In this document: piece after piece, positions 63,127 to 64,000 of the stretch
Numbering within the stretch: position 1 is the stretch's first letter
Layout of the letters: every line of letters begins with the position of its first letter
From: an uncultured Candidatus Rokubacteria bacterium
GTDB taxonomy: Bacteria > Methylomirabilota > Methylomirabilia > Rokubacteriales > CSP1-6
DNA length: 64,000 bases
Direction of reading: 5' to 3'
NCBI GenBank assembly: GCA_963747235.1
Contig: CAVVEU010000020.1
Span: 64,001-128,000 of the forward strand
Notes under the pieces: generated by a model
Databases searched by the model: none
What the model saw: only the letters and a program-made list of their open reading frames with translations
Told to the model about the DNA's origin: nothing
Made by a program: the position numbers and the translations under genes

Positions 63127-63163
63127 AAAAAACCCCGGGGAACCGCGCCAGGCTTCCCCGGGG
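63127..63163 (-). terminator. Intrinsic terminator after the RRM gene
   Basis: Minus strand CCCCGGGGAA-loop-TTCCCCGGGG followed by TTTTTT. Confidence 0.8.
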
Positions 63164-63174
63164 CCGAAGTCGCG

Positions 63175-63516
63175 TTACCGGCGCCAGCCGCCTCCGCCGC
63201 CTCCGCCGGGCCGCCCACCACCGCCGCCACCCCGAGGGCCGCCGCCACCGCCGCCACCGGTACGCTGGGGCTGGGGCCGGGCCTCGTCGACGACGAGGTT
63301 GCGATCCCTGAAAAGTCGACCGTTTAGCATCTCGATGGCCTTGGCGAGCTCTTCCTTGGTCGCCATCTCGACGAAGCCGAAGCCTCGGGGCCTGCCGGTG
63401 AACTGATCGGTGACAATGCGGACGGACTCGACCGTCCCGGCCTGCTGGAAGAGCTCACGCAGGTCTTCTTCTGTCGCCTGGAAGGAGAGATTGCCGACGA
63501 AAAGCTTTGCAGGCAT
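63175..63516 (-). CDS. RRM RNA-binding protein with Gly-rich tail
   Basis: RNP2 KLFVGNL, RNP1 RGFGFVEM, Gly/Arg tail. GGAGG SD. Confidence 0.93.
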   Translation of the reverse strand: MPAKLFVGNLSFQATEEDLRELFQQAGTVESVRIVTDQFTGRPRGFGFVEMATKEELAKAIEMLNGRLFRDRNLVVDEARPQPQRTGGGGGGGPRGGGGGGRPGGGGGGGWRR

Positions 63517-63631
63517 TGCCGAACCTCCTGCCGCGATCAGGACCGAGTAGACTCCCCCCCGGCTCACCAGCGGCGTCAAGGAAAGCCATCCGCTCATGGG
63601 CCTCGCCAGGCGGGCCCGCAGCGTGGCCGCT

Positions 63632-63660
63632 ACCCTACTGATGGTCCGACCACCTGTCAA
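63632..63660 (-). promoter_or_regulatory. Sigma-70 promoter of the RRM gene
   Basis: Minus strand TTGACA-N17-TAGGGT. Confidence 0.55.
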
Positions 63661-63740
63661 GCGAATCTTCCGGCAGAATGTTCTTTATTTCACTACGTTA
63701 TGCCCTTACTGGGTGTGCTGTTCAGGGCAACAAAACTTGC

Positions 63741-64000
<260 letters not shown>

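Overview
A very GC-rich bacterial chromosome segment. Gene content and style suggest Candidatus Rokubacteria/Methylomirabilota, but this is an inference that was not checked. Many single-base indels split conserved genes and look like long-read consensus errors. From left to right: (1) a minus-strand housekeeping block (ftsY partial, rodZ-like, smc, secA, recN, NAD kinase, tlyA, rhomboid); (2) two exported M16B peptidase subunits, divergent from a secreted protein made of about 36 tandem Q(D/N)(V/I)QAPR(G/A/S) octapeptides, which has a sigma-54/IHF-type promoter and its own terminator; (3) HIT-phnC-phnE, a tiny zinc-finger ORF, an HtrA protease and tRNA-Ala(CGC); (4) a 20-kb minus-strand run with rlmN, mtaB, mtnP, a PfkB kinase, larE-larB-larC, a form-II coxSLM molybdenum hydroxylase with mocA/coxD/coxE/xdhC/MoeA-like/sufU/sufS, a ureohydrolase and nfeD-slipin; (5) an ABC substrate-binding protein, an ECF sigma/anti-sigma pair with matching promoters, DUF4139 and DUF6607-like genes; (6) thrC-like/moaD/aminotransferase/glycerate kinase with a structured leader; (7) membrane, SDR, CoA-transferase and hydrolase genes, a TPR-family B DNA polymerase pair, a SplB-like radical SAM protein and an RRM protein. 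No CRISPR array, integrase or transposase is visible. The best candidate for a new system is the repeat polypeptide plus the adjacent exported M16B heterodimer, which could be a bacterial multi-copy peptide precursor and its maturase.
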